A DNA stretch of 64,000 nucleotides from Mytilus trossulus (Eukaryota). Location of the stretch: contig NC_086377.1 in the NCBI RefSeq assembly GCF_036588685.1, forward strand, positions 62,062,001-62,126,000. Direction: 5' to 3'. A program made the position numbers and the translations under genes. Numbering within the stretch: position 1 is the first letter of the stretch; the number at the start of each line of letters is the position of its first letter. Below are positions 26,679 through 40,887 of the stretch, piece by piece. The notes under the pieces are model-generated. The model was not told the origin of the DNA. It did no database searches and saw only the letters and a list, made by a program, of their open reading frames with translations.

Positions 26679-27763
26679 CTGTTAAAAATAAAAGCATCGA
26701 TTAATAACACAATTGCAGTTTTCTCTTCCTGCATGAGGGGCATTATTAATAATCATAATTATCATAATGATGTCTCCTTCCCTTTTTGCCATTCGGGTCA
26801 TACCTCAAGGTTTCAATTCTTATAAAAGCAATGATTATCCGTATATAACTAATATATGTTGTTAATTGGTTGGGTTTTTTCACATTTGGCTAGAAGTTCA
26901 CCAAAAATTTCCTATCAAAATAAAGCAGAGGGTACAAAACGATCTTTCCACACAAAATATCGGCTGTAACTCTGTATATATATAATACCACCAAGAGTCA
27001 GTATTCTCACTTCAGCAGAATTATTATCCTGCTTTTACTTGGAATATTTGTCAGTGTACATTAAGCATTGACAAACATTTGTTTTTTATTGAACTTTGGA
27101 CAAGACAAGACAAGACAAGACAATTTATTTCAACTTATGCACACATATGGTGCTACAAGAGGATAACAATTATACATAAACAATTACATATATACTTATA
27201 CATTTACAAGCAAGACCCACAATACATAAATTCATGATATTATACCCAAAAATATGAAATAAACCATGTTTGGTTGATTTGTTTGCAAAATTCGTATTAC
27301 TGAATAGTTGTCTCATTGTAAATCATACATTGTTCCTTATATCCTTATTTCTAGAATAATCAATCATGCAAAATCATCCAATGCTTTTAAAAAACAGACT
27401 GCACTCGTATTATACCAAATATTTGATTATTTTATGCACTAAAAATAGTGATTTTTTCAAAGTTTACTACTGTATAATTTTGTAACTATATAGTTTTTGT
27501 AAGTTTCTTGTAAGCAGTAGACCTAAACGAAAAACCAAAGAAAGAAATGTTTGAAAAGAAAAGATCATGTATATAAATGTACGTTGCAAGAGATTTTCCT
27601 CAAAAGCATATACTCCAACTTAAGGTTTTTTCAGATTTCCGATATGTCACCATTTCAAGTCGATTAAAAGATTAAGATATAGATATAGAAAGATGTTGTA
27701 TGAGTGCCAATGAGACTACTCTCCACCTATATGCATAATGCTCTTTCTGTATAATGTCCTTAC

Positions 27764-27884
27764 TTTTTTCTTCTCAAACACCAATATAATATTACGACAA
27801 GAAATATTATGACCATGACGCCACCAGCAGTAGCACCTGCAATCATGATGGTGTTGTTATCGTTGTTTTCGTTCATAGATGTAC
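27764..27884 (-). CDS. Receptor B transmembrane exon (GTSMNENNDNNTIMIAGATAGGVMVIIFLVVILYWCLRRKK)
   Basis: 121 nt, tttgtag/gtaagg boundaries, phase 1 to 2, hydrophobic helix plus RRKK. Confidence 0.9.
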
Positions 27885-28461
27885 CTACAAATGTAATATA
27901 TGATTAATTTAAAATTCCTATTTTTACAAATCTTTAGGGTTTTGCTTATGTGACTAGTTGGCCGTTTTTATAGTGATTACTTGATTACCAGATCAACTAA
28001 TTCATGGTTATTTGATCATCTAGAACTTATTATTGGTTGTCTTGTTTAAAAAAAAAATGTTATGTGATTTTTTAGGCAAATTATTTGTAATTATGTGATT
28101 ACTAGGATACACCCATGAGGTGCTTCTTTTACAAGATGTTGTATATTATTCCCAACATCAATCAAAAGATCCGAAGCAGCTTCGGATGTGGCCAGAGAAA
28201 TTGATATATATACGTACATGTAAAGTGAAAATGTTATAAATAATTTTTTATAACATTTGCAAGTATGATCACAGAAACATTAATTTTTCTATATAAGTCC
28301 GAAATATACAGCATGTACAAAAACAAACTTAAGTTTAGTCCGATGCGTTGGTCAAGCAATGACGTCGAAATATAAAAGCAAGATTACCAAAAAGCTATCC
28401 TAGAAGTTTATTATTATGCAAAAGATTTATTGATTATTTACAACAATATGACAGCAGTACA

Positions 28462-28585
28462 TCAGTGGCGGATCCATTCAGGGTTTCTGTGCTTTCAATC
28501 AATGCTTTTGAATGAGAACATTTTGTTGGAACCCACTTATAAACTGGCTTTATATCCCCTTTTGATAATGGTTGGATCTGCCCTC
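28462..28585. mobile_element. Small degenerate MITE with CAGTGGCGGATCC terminus
   Basis: cagtggcggatcca ... tggatctgccc; a related terminus (ctagatccgccactg) lies at 36831-36845. Confidence 0.5.
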
Positions 28586-29077
28586 GCGTACATAAATGAC
28601 CAAAATCAATATTCATTCAGTACAGAATAAAACACTTATCATAGATGTTGACAAAACTTGTATCCGTTTGTAACGATAAGTGTCGAACTAGTATGAGTAA
28701 AAATTATGATACAGAGGCACTCAAACGTTATATATTGCATAAGAGGAACTAAGATTTACGTATTCCTTTTTAAGGCATCATAATTCTCTATTTTGTGTAC
28801 TATTTGCTCATTATCTTGATTTAGGGTTGGGTTTTTTTTTATTTGAGCACCGAATTATTCTTTATTCTTAATTATTAAGTCTACTTTGTTCTCTGTTTTT
28901 GTAGTTTATAGTTTAAACATATTTTATTGTTCCAAAAAGAGACAAATGGATTAGACACAAGTTTTCCAACTTAGTCACGTCTTCTCCAAACTGTCACTGT
29001 TTTTTGTAGTGCCCATTTTATGTAGTTTTGACTATAATCCATTCTATAAACCCCATTCAGACCCTCCTATAAAATAC

Positions 29078-30814
29078 CTTCACATTTTCCAGTATTCTGA
29101 CTACATCCCAAAGTACCACATCCGGTACACGTGCTCTGGCAAAATGTGTCATGGTAACCAATTTTGCATCCATCAACACAGGCTCCAGTCTTTTGATGAC
29201 ATAACGTGCTTTTACAGTTACTACTACATGTTTGATCACATTTGTCGCCGAATTTGCCCTCAAAGCAATCAGTAGTACAATCTCCCTTATCCTTTTCGCA
29301 CTTGTCAGTCGGACATGAATCAGGACAAGAAACATTACAATGACTTCCAAAATACCCATCCTTGCATACTGAAGCGCATGCGCCATTTTCTTTCACGCAT
29401 AAGGGCTCTAAACACTGAGATGGACATTTTATATTGCAATTTTTGCCGTAATTTCCAGATGAACAGATCCCTATGCACGTTCCCGTCTCTACATCACATT
29501 TATTTTCGCTGCAGTTTGATCCACAGGAAAGATGACAAAATTTCCCATAATACCCCTCTTCACATCCGCCTGAGCATTGCCCATTGCTTTGATCACACTG
29601 ATTTCCAAAGCAGGTATCATTGCATAATTGTTGACAATCGTCACCGTGATAAGTATCTATGCAACCAGACTCACAAAACCCAGTCTGCTGGTCGCATGCA
29701 ATCTTGCAATTGTTACACATTGTATCGCAATTTTTTCCATAACGTTTTCCAACGCATCCCTCAGTACAGTTGCCATTTACATCACACTTTCTATTCAAAC
29801 AGTTCGAAGCACATGCATGTAAACATTTAAGACCATACCAACCGTTCTTGCATCCATTCGTACAAGTTCCAGAAGCTGCGTCACATTCATTTGCAACTGC
29901 GCAGTTGGTATTGCATTCTACGCAGTTTCCAGATTCAACAAACCATCCATTTTCGCAACGAGCACATACTTGTGATTGATCATAAACACAAGAGTCACAA
30001 TTCGCAACGGTACAATCGCATTTCGATCCGATCCAATTCGATAAGCATCCAAACCGACAAATTCCTGTTTTTGGAAAGCACGTGGATAAAGACGTCACGT
30101 TTGAACTGCAACCTGTGCTACATACCTTACATTTCTTGCTGGACATGTCGTAAAAATATCCTGACTGACATTCTTCACATACGGTTAGAGTTACAATAGG
30201 TGTACTGATGTGTCTACAATTGGTACATTTTGACACCCCCGTTTCTTCTGCGCATGTCTTATCACACGTTTCCCCACTAAATCCCGTAATACATCCGGAT
30301 TTACATTTCTGTGTGACGTTATCACATCCTGACATTCCCTTGATACAGTTGATACAATATGGCGGGAAACATTCCGCCGTCTGCCGATCGCATCCACTTT
30401 GACAAGACAAAGAACATACCGAAGAACAGTCGCTCCCATAAAACCCCTTTAAACAACCGAAAGTACAAATACCATCAATCCAGCTACATTCGGAATTGAT
30501 GCAATTATCGGAACACTTATTTTCACAGTAACTACCCCATGTTGATTTTGGACACCTGTTGCAGTTACCTTGTTCTCTGTCACAGCCGCAAGCAAATTCA
30601 AAGCCGTCCTGTACACATTGTTCATTAAGAGAACAAATATCATCGCATTTTATATCACATGAAACACCATAAAAGTTGGTAGAGCATTCATAGCACGTGC
30701 CATTAGTTTGCATGCATCCACATTGACCGCCATCGGAGCAGGTGTTTCCATGGTAACAAGAGGAGGAACAGTTGTACTGGCAGTTACCTCCCCATTTTCC
30801 TAGATTGCATTGAG
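29078..30814 (-). CDS. Receptor B ectodomain exon (1737 nt, phase 1-1), multi-EGF MEGF10/SCARF-like; full protein ~663 aa
   Basis: Open Cys-rich frame colinear with A and C; acceptor gttttaag; donor GAAG|gtattt with an in-frame stop three codons into the intron. Confidence 0.88.
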
Positions 30815-31641
30815 CTTAAAACAACGTAAAATAACTATTGTTTTAGTATCTTATTTAAATGTTGCTCTTAGTGGATATAAGTTAACTTATCTTACATTAT
30901 CAAATGCGGATACATGGTTATAACGTTCTGATTGCTGAATGTGTCATGTTGTCTAAAAATGTTACATGCAATTTCCTTAAATATAGATGTACTAACATGA
31001 GCATTACTGTAACAATGGATGCCACATGTGGTCAAGGTTCTGACTTTCCTCCCTGAGCACCTGCGATCACCTCAGTGATTGGTTGGGTTCATGTTACTGT
31101 TTTTCCGTGCTGTATATTTTCTATATTGTTGTGTGTCTTTTGTCTTTTCTTTCTATTTTGAGCATGGCGTTGTGAGTTTGAATGTTCTTTTAGTATATTT
31201 CGCCTCTATTTTAAAAGCTTGGAAAAATACTTAACATTTTGTTTTTTGTGATGTTGTTTTGCATTTTTTATTTAAATTCATATTTACTCATATCTCTTTT
31301 CTGCATATGAAAAAAGGCTTTTGAAAGCTAAAACTTCCAAGAGAATAGCTCAAAGATTCTATTTCACTATGATCATTGTTTTCGCAATTTCGTTCAGAAT
31401 TTTGCTTTTGCTACTTTATGAGGCAAAGAAAATGCTATAGAGTACAATGTTAATGTTAGTGAAATAGCAAATTAACAGACAGTTGAAATAAGGAAATAAG
31501 ATCTTATGCAAGTTAAGATAAGTGTAAAACCAATTTTACGATTAATCAAATTTGTATTTTTGTATTAGATTTTTTAAATTTAATAAAGCATCTTTTATAT
31601 ATGTTGATTTAGTTTTCTGAGTTGGTCTATGCATTACGTAC

Positions 31642-31696
31642 CTTGAGCAGAGGTTATCCACACCAAGACCATGAAGTTCAACAATACGCAAAGCAT
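31642..31696 (-). CDS. Receptor B signal-peptide exon (MLCVLLNFMVLVWITSAQ-A)
   Basis: Acceptor tttatag before 31707, ATG at 31696, hydrophobic core, AG|gtacgt phase-1 donor. Confidence 0.82.
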
Positions 31697-33499
31697 AATG
31701 TTTAAATCTATAAATATAAGTAAAAACGCATTCACGTGTGTCTTGGGTAGTTTTAGTTAATTATATAGTAATGACGACGGATATGTTTCAATTGTCGAGC
31801 ATAAAATTGTCCTCTTTTCTCCGAATGTAAGTTAACGAATTAAACGTATCACATGGTTTGTAAGTACATGAGCAACACTATGGGTGCAAGCCACATGTTG
31901 AGTAGGATCTGCTTACCCTTCCGGTGAACATGCAACTGTCGATGGCGGAGGATGTGCATAATGACAAATTTTGAAAATACAAATTATTCAGTCTCTAAAT
32001 AACTTGTTATATTTCTAATAATGTTTTGTGGTTTGTTTGTTTTTTTTGGCAAAATTGATACAGCTTGGGTTATTGGTGCAATTTGTGAACTGTGACGTTT
32101 ATACAATTGCATTTCTAACATTTTTGTAACTGTACTTCCCCAGTCAGTGGTCTCGATAATGCCTCGAGTGCGACATTTCGTAGCTTCAATCCTCGGCCAG
32201 AAGCCAAAGATAACCATTCGTTATTTAGTAGTAAAGAACGATGGTTGGACAAGAAGCTGAAAAAGTTACATGTACAATACCTTTTAAACTAGCATATTCT
32301 ATATGTATCAGAAAAATAAGCAGGAGTCATATTCATATCACAGAAGCATACGCCTGTTTTGATATTAATGTAATATTTGCTACTGGACATTATTCATCCG
32401 TTCATTCACGTTAATATAATTTTTGAAACTCTTACCTTATGAGTGTGTAGCAATATAAACGTTAAAATGATATATTAGTTAGTCAAAATTTACAACTAGG
32501 TCCTCCCTTTTCTTATTACTTTAACTATTATCGAGCAATTAGCCGTCACAAATGTTATTGTGTTTTAAGTGGCATTGGAAAAGATAGAAAACAAAAGATT
32601 ACTTTGTAGTTATTCACTAAAATCGCGAGTATACACGGACTTACTTATGTTATTAGTTTTTAGTAAAAGTTTAGAAGGTGCCAATTTAAATTGCTATGTA
32701 CATGTACTTATGATTGTCAGTTTGCAGCAATGAACCTTCAAATTATACGTGTTAAATTGGAATTATTTCATTTTCGTTTGGGTGGGAAAACTGGTTTAAA
32801 CAATTGAAAAAAGCAATATAATTCTACATTTTAATTAGAACCACTTCAATTAGGTGCTATTTTAATGTTTTAAACGAAGGTAAAACGTGTCAAGCTGAAA
32901 GTACTACGACTGTTTTTTTTTTTAAATTCCTGTTGACATTTTTCTTTGTTGTAGTGACTATTCTCGGTCAAGTATTAAGAAAAAGAAAAAAATACATTCT
33001 GACTACCACAAAAAAAAGCTAGAAATCACACGTCCAATAAAATGTGAAGATAACGGAAAAACATTAAAAACCATTTGTTTCTTGCTATCAAATTACAGAA
33101 ACATATTGGGGCATATAAATGATTACGTCCACTTCATTTGAATTTTGGTTGATAGTTGTCCAATTGCCGATCATACCACTTTGATCCTAATTTTTATATA
33201 GTTAATTTCCAAGAAAAACAGGAACATCTTACAACATTTCTTAAAACAAAGGATACAACTTACATCAGTAGAAAATGACAACGATAATCATTTGAGAACA
33301 AAACTTTATGAAAAGAGATCTCAGTTTCCTAATTGTGAATTTTCCACTTCTTTATAGACACATTCCTAATTTTTATCTCCAAATTATATAAACCATATAC
33401 AAAAATATAATACAGGACCACTAATCTTTTATAATATGTCATTAACAAAGGCCTCTACTATCCGCATGTCTCCTTTGCATTTACAGTAAAACTTGATAA

Positions 33500-33710
33500 C
33501 ATAAAAGAGGGGCGAAACATACCAGAGGAACAGTCAAACTCATAAAGTTGAAAATAAACTGCAAATACCATGGCTTAAAATGAATAAGATAAACAAAGAA
33601 ATAAAAGTTAACAAGATACAACATAGAAAACTAAATACTGAGAAACACGAACCCCACCAAAAACTGGGGGCGGACACTCATGTGATCAGGAAGGGTAAGC
33701 AGATTCTGTG
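33500..33710 (+). repeat. Second interspersed repeat family (probable retroelement 3' remnant)
   Basis: Reverse-complement copies near 10725-10945, 12405-12590 and 31010-31210 (gccacat..ggatctgc.ta.c.ttcc..agcacct...atcaccc). Confidence 0.6.
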
Positions 33711-34340
33711 AGTACTCTCATATCTGTACTGGGTGTCATTTTGTTGTTGAGATGTATAAGTACCCGTCCACGTCTACATGTATTTGTAGTATTTATATTT
33801 GTATCCATCTGATGGCTTAAGCCTTTTTCAACTGATTTGTACAGTTCGTTCTCATGTTGTACTGTTACACCACTGTCCCATGTAAGGAAGGGGTAGATCT
33901 TCCGCTCACATGTTTAAGTTCACCACCACATTCTGTATTTATGTGCCTGTACCAAGTCAGGAGCCTGCAATTTAGGGTTTGTCCTTTATGTGTTACATAT
34001 TTGAATTTCGTTATTTTTTTTGTACATAAGTTAGGCTGTAAAATAATTTTCTCGTTTGAAATGTTTTCTATTGTCATTTCGGGGCCTTTTATAGCTGACT
34101 ATTCGGTATGGGATTTGCTCATTGTTGAAAGCCGTACGATGACCTATATTTGTTAATTTCTGTGTCATGTTGGTCTCTTCTGGAGAGTTCAACTTGTCTC
34201 ATTGGCAATCATACCAAATTTCCTTTTTTATAATTGATATATGAAATAGTGATTTTATTTAAGTTCATAAAGGTGAATACTTATTGAAAGAACTTATATA
34301 TGTACGACTCGAGCATCTGAATGTGGTCTTCATTTCTTTA

Positions 34341-34863
34341 TTCTTTAATTTTTTATGCCATTATTGCTATGATTCTTTAATATTTTATGCCATTATTGCT
34401 ATGTTTCTTTAATTTGTTATGCCATTATTGCTATGATTCTATAATTTGTATGCCATTATTGCTATGATTCTTTAATTTGTATGCCATTATTGCCATGATT
34501 TTTTAATTTGTTATGACATTATTGCTATGATTCTTCAATTTGTTATGCCATTATTGCTATTATGATTCTTTAATTTTTATGCCATTATTGCTATGATTCT
34601 TTAATATTTTATGCCATAATTGCTATGATTCTTTAATATTTTTTGCCATTATTGATATGATTCTTTAATATTTTTTGCCATTATTGCTATGATTCTTTAA
34701 TTTTTTGCCATTATTGCTATGATTCTTTAATATTTTTGCAATTATTACTATGATTCTTTGATATTTTATGCCATTATTACTATGATTCTTTAATATGTTA
34801 TGCCATTATTGCTATGATTTTTTAATATTTTATGCCATTATTGCTATGATTTTTTTAATATTT
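34341..34863. repeat. Minisatellite, ~32-bp unit, ~16 copies
   Basis: Contiguous ttatgccattattgctatgattctttaatatt units with small variants. Confidence 0.95.
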
Positions 34864-35612
34864 TCACCTTAATTCTATTATCTTTATTTAATTGAAAGGC
34901 CCAAGTGTTCTCAATTTTCTATCGTTTGGTCTATTCTGTAGTCCATTGTTCTGTGGTCCATTATTCTCCATTACGTTAACACCATCAAGATCCTCATTTG
35001 CTCTCTTCTTTTCTTATTGAAGTTGGCTGTGTTATATAATCTTAACTGATTCTGCAAGAGCGCACTAGAAAGTATATACAATACATGTACAAGAAACCTT
35101 TACTATAGTATTTTAATTTAAATAAAATCGATTGAAATTTACATTTTTGTAATGTACCCAATACACATCTTTTTTCTTGCACGAACCTGCAAAAACAGTA
35201 CATTTAAATATTTAAAATTCATCAATTGAAACCTTCTTGTATAACTAAACCAATATATTCATAACTTTCTCATTTTAAAAAGCAAACAATACTTGCTCTA
35301 TTCGTTAGTAGGATCAACTTATTAGCTTATTAAAACGGAAAATATTTGTGATTTAATCTTTGAAACAAACAAACATTATTGTTTCACTCTGTTTGAAATG
35401 TATACTGACATATTTAACCATATTAGCTTGTACGGTTTATATACCGTTAACTCGTGACCATTTTATTATTGGAAATTATTCAGGCGTGGCGGGTTATTTT
35501 ACGATCAAGATTCCTGTTTTGTAATGTACATGAAATTGACATTGAGGATTATAGTGAAATAGATATAATGTAGAATGAAATACACATCCCTGGATTAATG
35601 TATTGAGAAACA

Positions 35613-35679
35613 ATGGAGAAATTATTGATTTGTGTTTTAAGTTTGTTTGGAATTATTTTATTAATTGGATTTTCGAAAG
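35613..35679 (+). CDS. Receptor C signal-peptide exon (MEKLLICVLSLFGIILLIGFSK-A)
   Basis: acaATGG context, hydrophobic core, AAG|gtaagt phase-1 donor compatible with the 52368 acceptor; implies a ~16.7-kb intron. Confidence 0.75.
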
Positions 35680-36696
35680 GTAAGTCAACCGAAAGTAAAT
35701 ATTCAATATTGAATAATTTGTATGTTTACCAAGTATCTATTTATAATTGAATTTCATTTTTCACACAGTGCTTAATATTTGTAAACATAGTAGTCGTGAA
35801 AATGAAGCTAACTCCAACAGAGATTCAGGTACAGCGATAGGAAATGGACATAATTATGAACATGCTTGTAAAATGTATTAAAATTGCTTTTAAAAGATTT
35901 TTAAAAATCCTCATTTTTTGACGAAGTAAGCAGAACTAGCTCTGTGTCTTAGTGTACCCCCAACAGTGCTGTGGAATATGTAAATCTCCAGCTTATTCAG
36001 TAGAACAGTAAGGATTAATTGTTTATTGGCTAACGTCCAGTGGAAAATAGTTAATATATATATATATCCAGGGCGAAAACATATCAATAATACATACAAT
36101 AGGTAGTCCCCTGTCGTTCGTGATAAAGAATGGATGAAATTCGGACTGGAAAATGAAGGTATATTGGATAGGGTCAAAACTTTGCCTTACATCTGGTCAT
36201 CTACGGACCCGACAAATACTGTTGCTGCATAAACGGTTAGGATAGGTTCCAATGAAAGGGTGACACATATGTATCCAGAATCTTTTGTGGATTTTAAATG
36301 CACAAATATATATAACGATTAAAATCTAGCAAATGATAGTGTTCTAACCGGTGCTAAAGGCCTAAAATCTTTCGTTTCAATTATCTCACTGGTACGAAAC
36401 TAAGGAAACGTTTTAATATTGCATTAGGATTCAATAATGTTATTTTAGAAATACATTATATAATGTTATCAAACATCGATCTAAATTATAATTATCTGTT
36501 TTCAATCTATTTTAAAACCCATCTTTGAAATGTAATGTACCATAGCGATATTAAACTATAAAATGTGCAATGCATTTAACAACAATGTGTAATCGATTTT
36601 AGTAAAAGTAATAACAATAAGAAACTAAAAACATTATGTTAGATCAGAAAGTGTGGTATAATTGCCAATGACATAATTCCTCACCAGAGACAAATT

Positions 36697-36845
36697 CAGG
36701 GGTCCAAGCCCCCCCCCCCCCCCCCCCTTTGTATGACAAAAAAACTTGGCTGATTATATTGGGAATCAATGAAGCGTGACGGGAGCGGCCCCCTCTTAGG
36801 CAGCCAGTGGGCCCCTACTGATGAAAAATTCTAGATCCGCCACTG
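36697..36845. mobile_element. MITE fragment inserted in a copy of the dominant repeat
   Basis: The host repeat is interrupted at ccagaga-caaat and resumes at caaatgacgtagaaattaac; the insert ends ctagatccgccactg and contains a poly-C tract. Confidence 0.6.
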
Positions 36846-39279
36846 CAAATGACGTAGAAATTAACATGCAACTATAGGACTCCGTACAGCCGTCAACAAT
36901 GAGCAGAACATCATTCCGCATCGCAAGCTAATAAAGTATGGACCCCAAATGATAAATATACTAGTAATTAAACATTTTAAACGCGAAAACTAACGACCTG
37001 ATTTAATAATCTTAATCTAATTCAAGTTTTCTATCCCGTTGACTAACCTAAGGAATCAAATCTTGAATAAATGAAGCCTTCGCAATTTTACTTTAAAAAA
37101 AATAACTGGGTGTATACTAAATGTACTTAGGTGGAAACAAATCTGGTCTGGACAGGTTCACTCTGTGTATAAATATGGTTTACCACACAGGACATATAAT
37201 TTACCTTTTTCATCATGTCACTAAAATACTTACTCAAATTTAAATAATCAACATCTTGTCTATAAAGCAGAGGTGGGTTTTAAAAAATCTGACCTTATGA
37301 GGTGTTGAACTTTAAACGGAAGGACATGCGAAAGCTTAAAGTGGTAATGCAATTAATTCTTGACGGAAGGCCTTTTCCTGAATTATGTTAAGGAAATCCA
37401 AAGGTCCATTTATTGCAAAAAATACAATTAAAAATAAGGTGTACTGTATATTTCTCTCGTCATTTCTATGCCTGTATGGTGTTAGTTTTTGTGACGATTC
37501 TTTACCCTGTAGTGTCAACAACTATTTTCTCGTGTTCTATACGAACTGAAATTAGTGACTAGTCTTTAAACAAGACGACAAAAAGTTGCGATTTCTACAA
37601 GAAAGTCAGGACATGATTAACAATTACAAGTAAAACTTATTTTGATCCAATATCAGAACATTTTAAACTGGATACTTTACAATTAAAAAAGACGAAGACA
37701 ATAAAAAGTTTGTATTGTATGTAATTTGAATCTAATTTATAGGCTTGGAATATAACTACCCACGTTTAAATGCTATTAAAATAAGAATTTCTCCAGCACT
37801 CCCTATACTCCCGTATTAATATCCCTGAAGCCATAAAACAATAAAAATTAATCAAGCAAAATTCCTATTCCACGAAAATCGCCACCAGTTGTTGAAGTTC
37901 TTTGAGATTGTATTGCAATCTACAAAAACACGATGCTGAAATCTATAAATAAAAATCGATGACGGAAAGCAATTAAAATCCGTTCATTTACACTAAGTTA
38001 TATCCATCACTATTGTGATCCTATGTGTTAATTGCTAGGATCTCACATTAGGATTGATCCGATCAATATTTTTTAATGTCTTTTTGCATCTTTTATAACA
38101 TGTGAGAATATTTGTTCAAACTATAATCCAGGTGAAGTTCAGACATAAAATTGAGAATTGATATGTGGAATGTGTTAAAGAGACAACAACTCGACCAAAG
38201 AGCATAAATAACCCAGTGCCATTAACCGGCCATCAACACAGCGAGACAATCCCGCACCCGAAGTTGGGTCTCAGCTGACCTCTAAACAAAAATGTGTACT
38301 AGTTCAGTGATAATGTACGTCATACTTAACTCCAAAACATATCTGATTACAATTTTACTGCGAATATTTTTGGATATCAAAGAGATAACATTGTGGGCAG
38401 TCCCTAAAAACAAAAAAAATAGTAATACAAAAACAATAAGATAATGCTAAAATAAGTCATAATGCCAAGAAAAGCTGTCGTTACTCGTTTGTTTATAATA
38501 CTAGTACTTTCCGGCAACTTTCGGAAAAGTAATGTTATAATCATCATCTCCTTTATTCATATATGTATATTGAACTGAGTACTTAGTCTATGTCGAATTC
38601 TAGGGTATTTCGAGAGGAATCATTTGCATTTTAGTATTGTACTTTAAACGTCTGAAATGGGTGTGAATAACCAGTTCTAAAGACTAAACAGAAACGTCAT
38701 TAGAATGATTAAAATGATGACACATTGTTTGCATGAAGTTTCGAGGTGTGTTAATAATCCGATGCGTTTTACTAAGTTGAATAACTTGTGTCACTATGCT
38801 TTACTTATATAGAATTATGAGCTAATAAATTAGTCCTAAAGAAATAGAGGCATTTCAATTTTAAGCTGTCAAAAGGAAAATCATTACAGCAGGCTCTTTG
38901 AGGTTTTCTTTTCGTTTCTTTCTCGTTTGTTTATTCAGATTTAAGGGGACATACCCTGGCCTTATGTTCTTCTCTCAACATTTCCCTCTCTATATCAAAA
39001 TGCCGGGCACGTACCTACTAGTACCTACAAACTAAAATTGGTATTTTCAATGAAGCTCTATATCAGTCGGTACCGCTGTTGGTTGTTATCATAAGCTTAG
39101 TACACAGTAGTCGGTGCTTTGTCATGATTTATCATATGTGTTTTGTCTAAATTCACCATGTAGTAGTTAAGAAACTCTTACCAATTACCTTACAAAATGC
39201 CGACCTTAAACGATTTTGGCTATTCTAATATGTCCTTTTCTGTCACATAGCTCCGACATTTGGGTTCTGGGGGTTCCTC

Positions 39280-39362
39280 ACAGGCAGTTGTCTCAGAAAA
39301 AAATCCTATATTCCTTGGTATATGAAGGTATATAGGAAATTTTTTCTGAGACAAGTGCCTGT
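39280..39362. repeat. 83-nt near-perfect palindrome/hairpin
   Basis: acaggcagttgtctcagaaaaaaatcctatattcctt pairs with aaggtatataggaaattttttctgagacaagtgcctgt around an 8-nt loop. Confidence 0.85.
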
Positions 39363-40293
39363 TGGGTTCCGGGTGAAAGTAATCGAGAAAAGCTCTCCAA
39401 ACGTACCAAATTTTGATAACTTTGAAATCTTAAATCAAAACTGTTACCCCGTGCACTCAGTAAAGCTCATTTGTCCATTGTTGACGTGTATATAGTTGCT
39501 TACATAGATATCACTGTACTTTTTTCTATAGATGTAAAAATTGTTCATCTTAAGGTTTATACAATATTCTCCATATTCGTAATATCTATTAATATTTCAT
39601 TTAAATCGTGCATATTTTACAAACGTAGAAGATAGTTCTCATTTCAAACTTACATTTGAACAGTCAAAGTAAATGTATAGTCAAATATTGACAATTAAAG
39701 AGAATGAACGAAAACAAACATACAACCAACTTAAAGCAAAATATTGTCAAATCAGACACTTGCAAAACAGTGCCAAAATGTAAACAGAGTTGTGAATTGA
39801 TGATATACATCCGACCTACATCTTTTCAAAAATACCAAATCTACAAATTTGATTCTATCAAAAGGCCCATGGGGTGTACGTATTTTATGGGATCTATCGT
39901 CCAACCATAATGGATATAGATATATTTAAATTCAATTTGTGAACATTCGAGTTGACATTTAAACTTAAATTTTATCACATAGCATTTGAATTTTGAAATC
40001 GTTGAAATGCATCATTAGACAAGTTTGATTTTCATCAATGTATTTCAAATCATCACAGGTAGCTGTTATAAATTTTAAATATTTGTGTATTAGCATATCT
40101 TTGATGTTTGGTGTTTAATATGTACCATTTTCAGAATATACGTAATAGACAAGATGTTAGCGATATGGAATGCGATTCATCAATCATAACATGATCATCT
40201 AAAGTCAAGTCTCTGTCTTAGTTTTATAGTTTTATATTTATGTTCTGATACAATTTAAGAATGGGGTTGTTAAGTACTTTGTAAACTAGTTAA

Positions 40294-40570
40294 GGTGGTA
40301 CCTAACACTACAGGGAGATAACTCTGTAAAATCAGCTAAACGTTTTAATTACGTTGTGTTGTGTTGTTAAGGGAATATTAAGCTTCTCAATGATCAAAAT
40401 AAGTGTTTGTCAAACTGCTATGTAACCAGTGTAATTTTTCTGATAAAACGGTTGGTTCAATTTTTTCAAATTTTTATATTTTTGTCAAAGGGTCAAAGAA
40501 AATACTTTGTAAAAATTTCAAGAAAATTAAACGAGCCAAATTAATTTTATTTAAAGTGTTGGGTACCACC
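40294..40570. mobile_element. TTAA-flanked MITE (Kolobok-like)
   Basis: TTAA|GGTGGTACCTAACACT ... AGTGTTGGGTACCACC|TTAA (16-bp TIR, one mismatch). Confidence 0.88.
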
Positions 40571-40887
40571 TTAAACTCTTCATTTATGTTAAATACTAAA
40601 TATGTTCCATTTGCAAAATATACGTTATAAATAAGATTTTTACACGTCTAGTCATATTTTTTTTTTGGGGGGGGGAGGGGTTATATCTTGCTGTTCGGTG
40701 CCAGGATGATGAAAACCGTACTTTGACCTGTGGTGATTTACTTTTACAACTTTTGACATGGATAGAGAGTTTCATTGACACTCATACCACATCTTCTTAT
40801 AACTAGTTATACATAAGCTGTTAACGGTATCTATGGAATTCGATTCATTAATTTGTTACATTTAAAATCAAATTTCAGTCTTAGTTT

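Noticed and set aside
34341-34863. CRISPR-like array of ~32-bp repeats
   Set aside because: The units are contiguous with no unique spacers, there are no cas genes, and the context is eukaryotic; it is a minisatellite.
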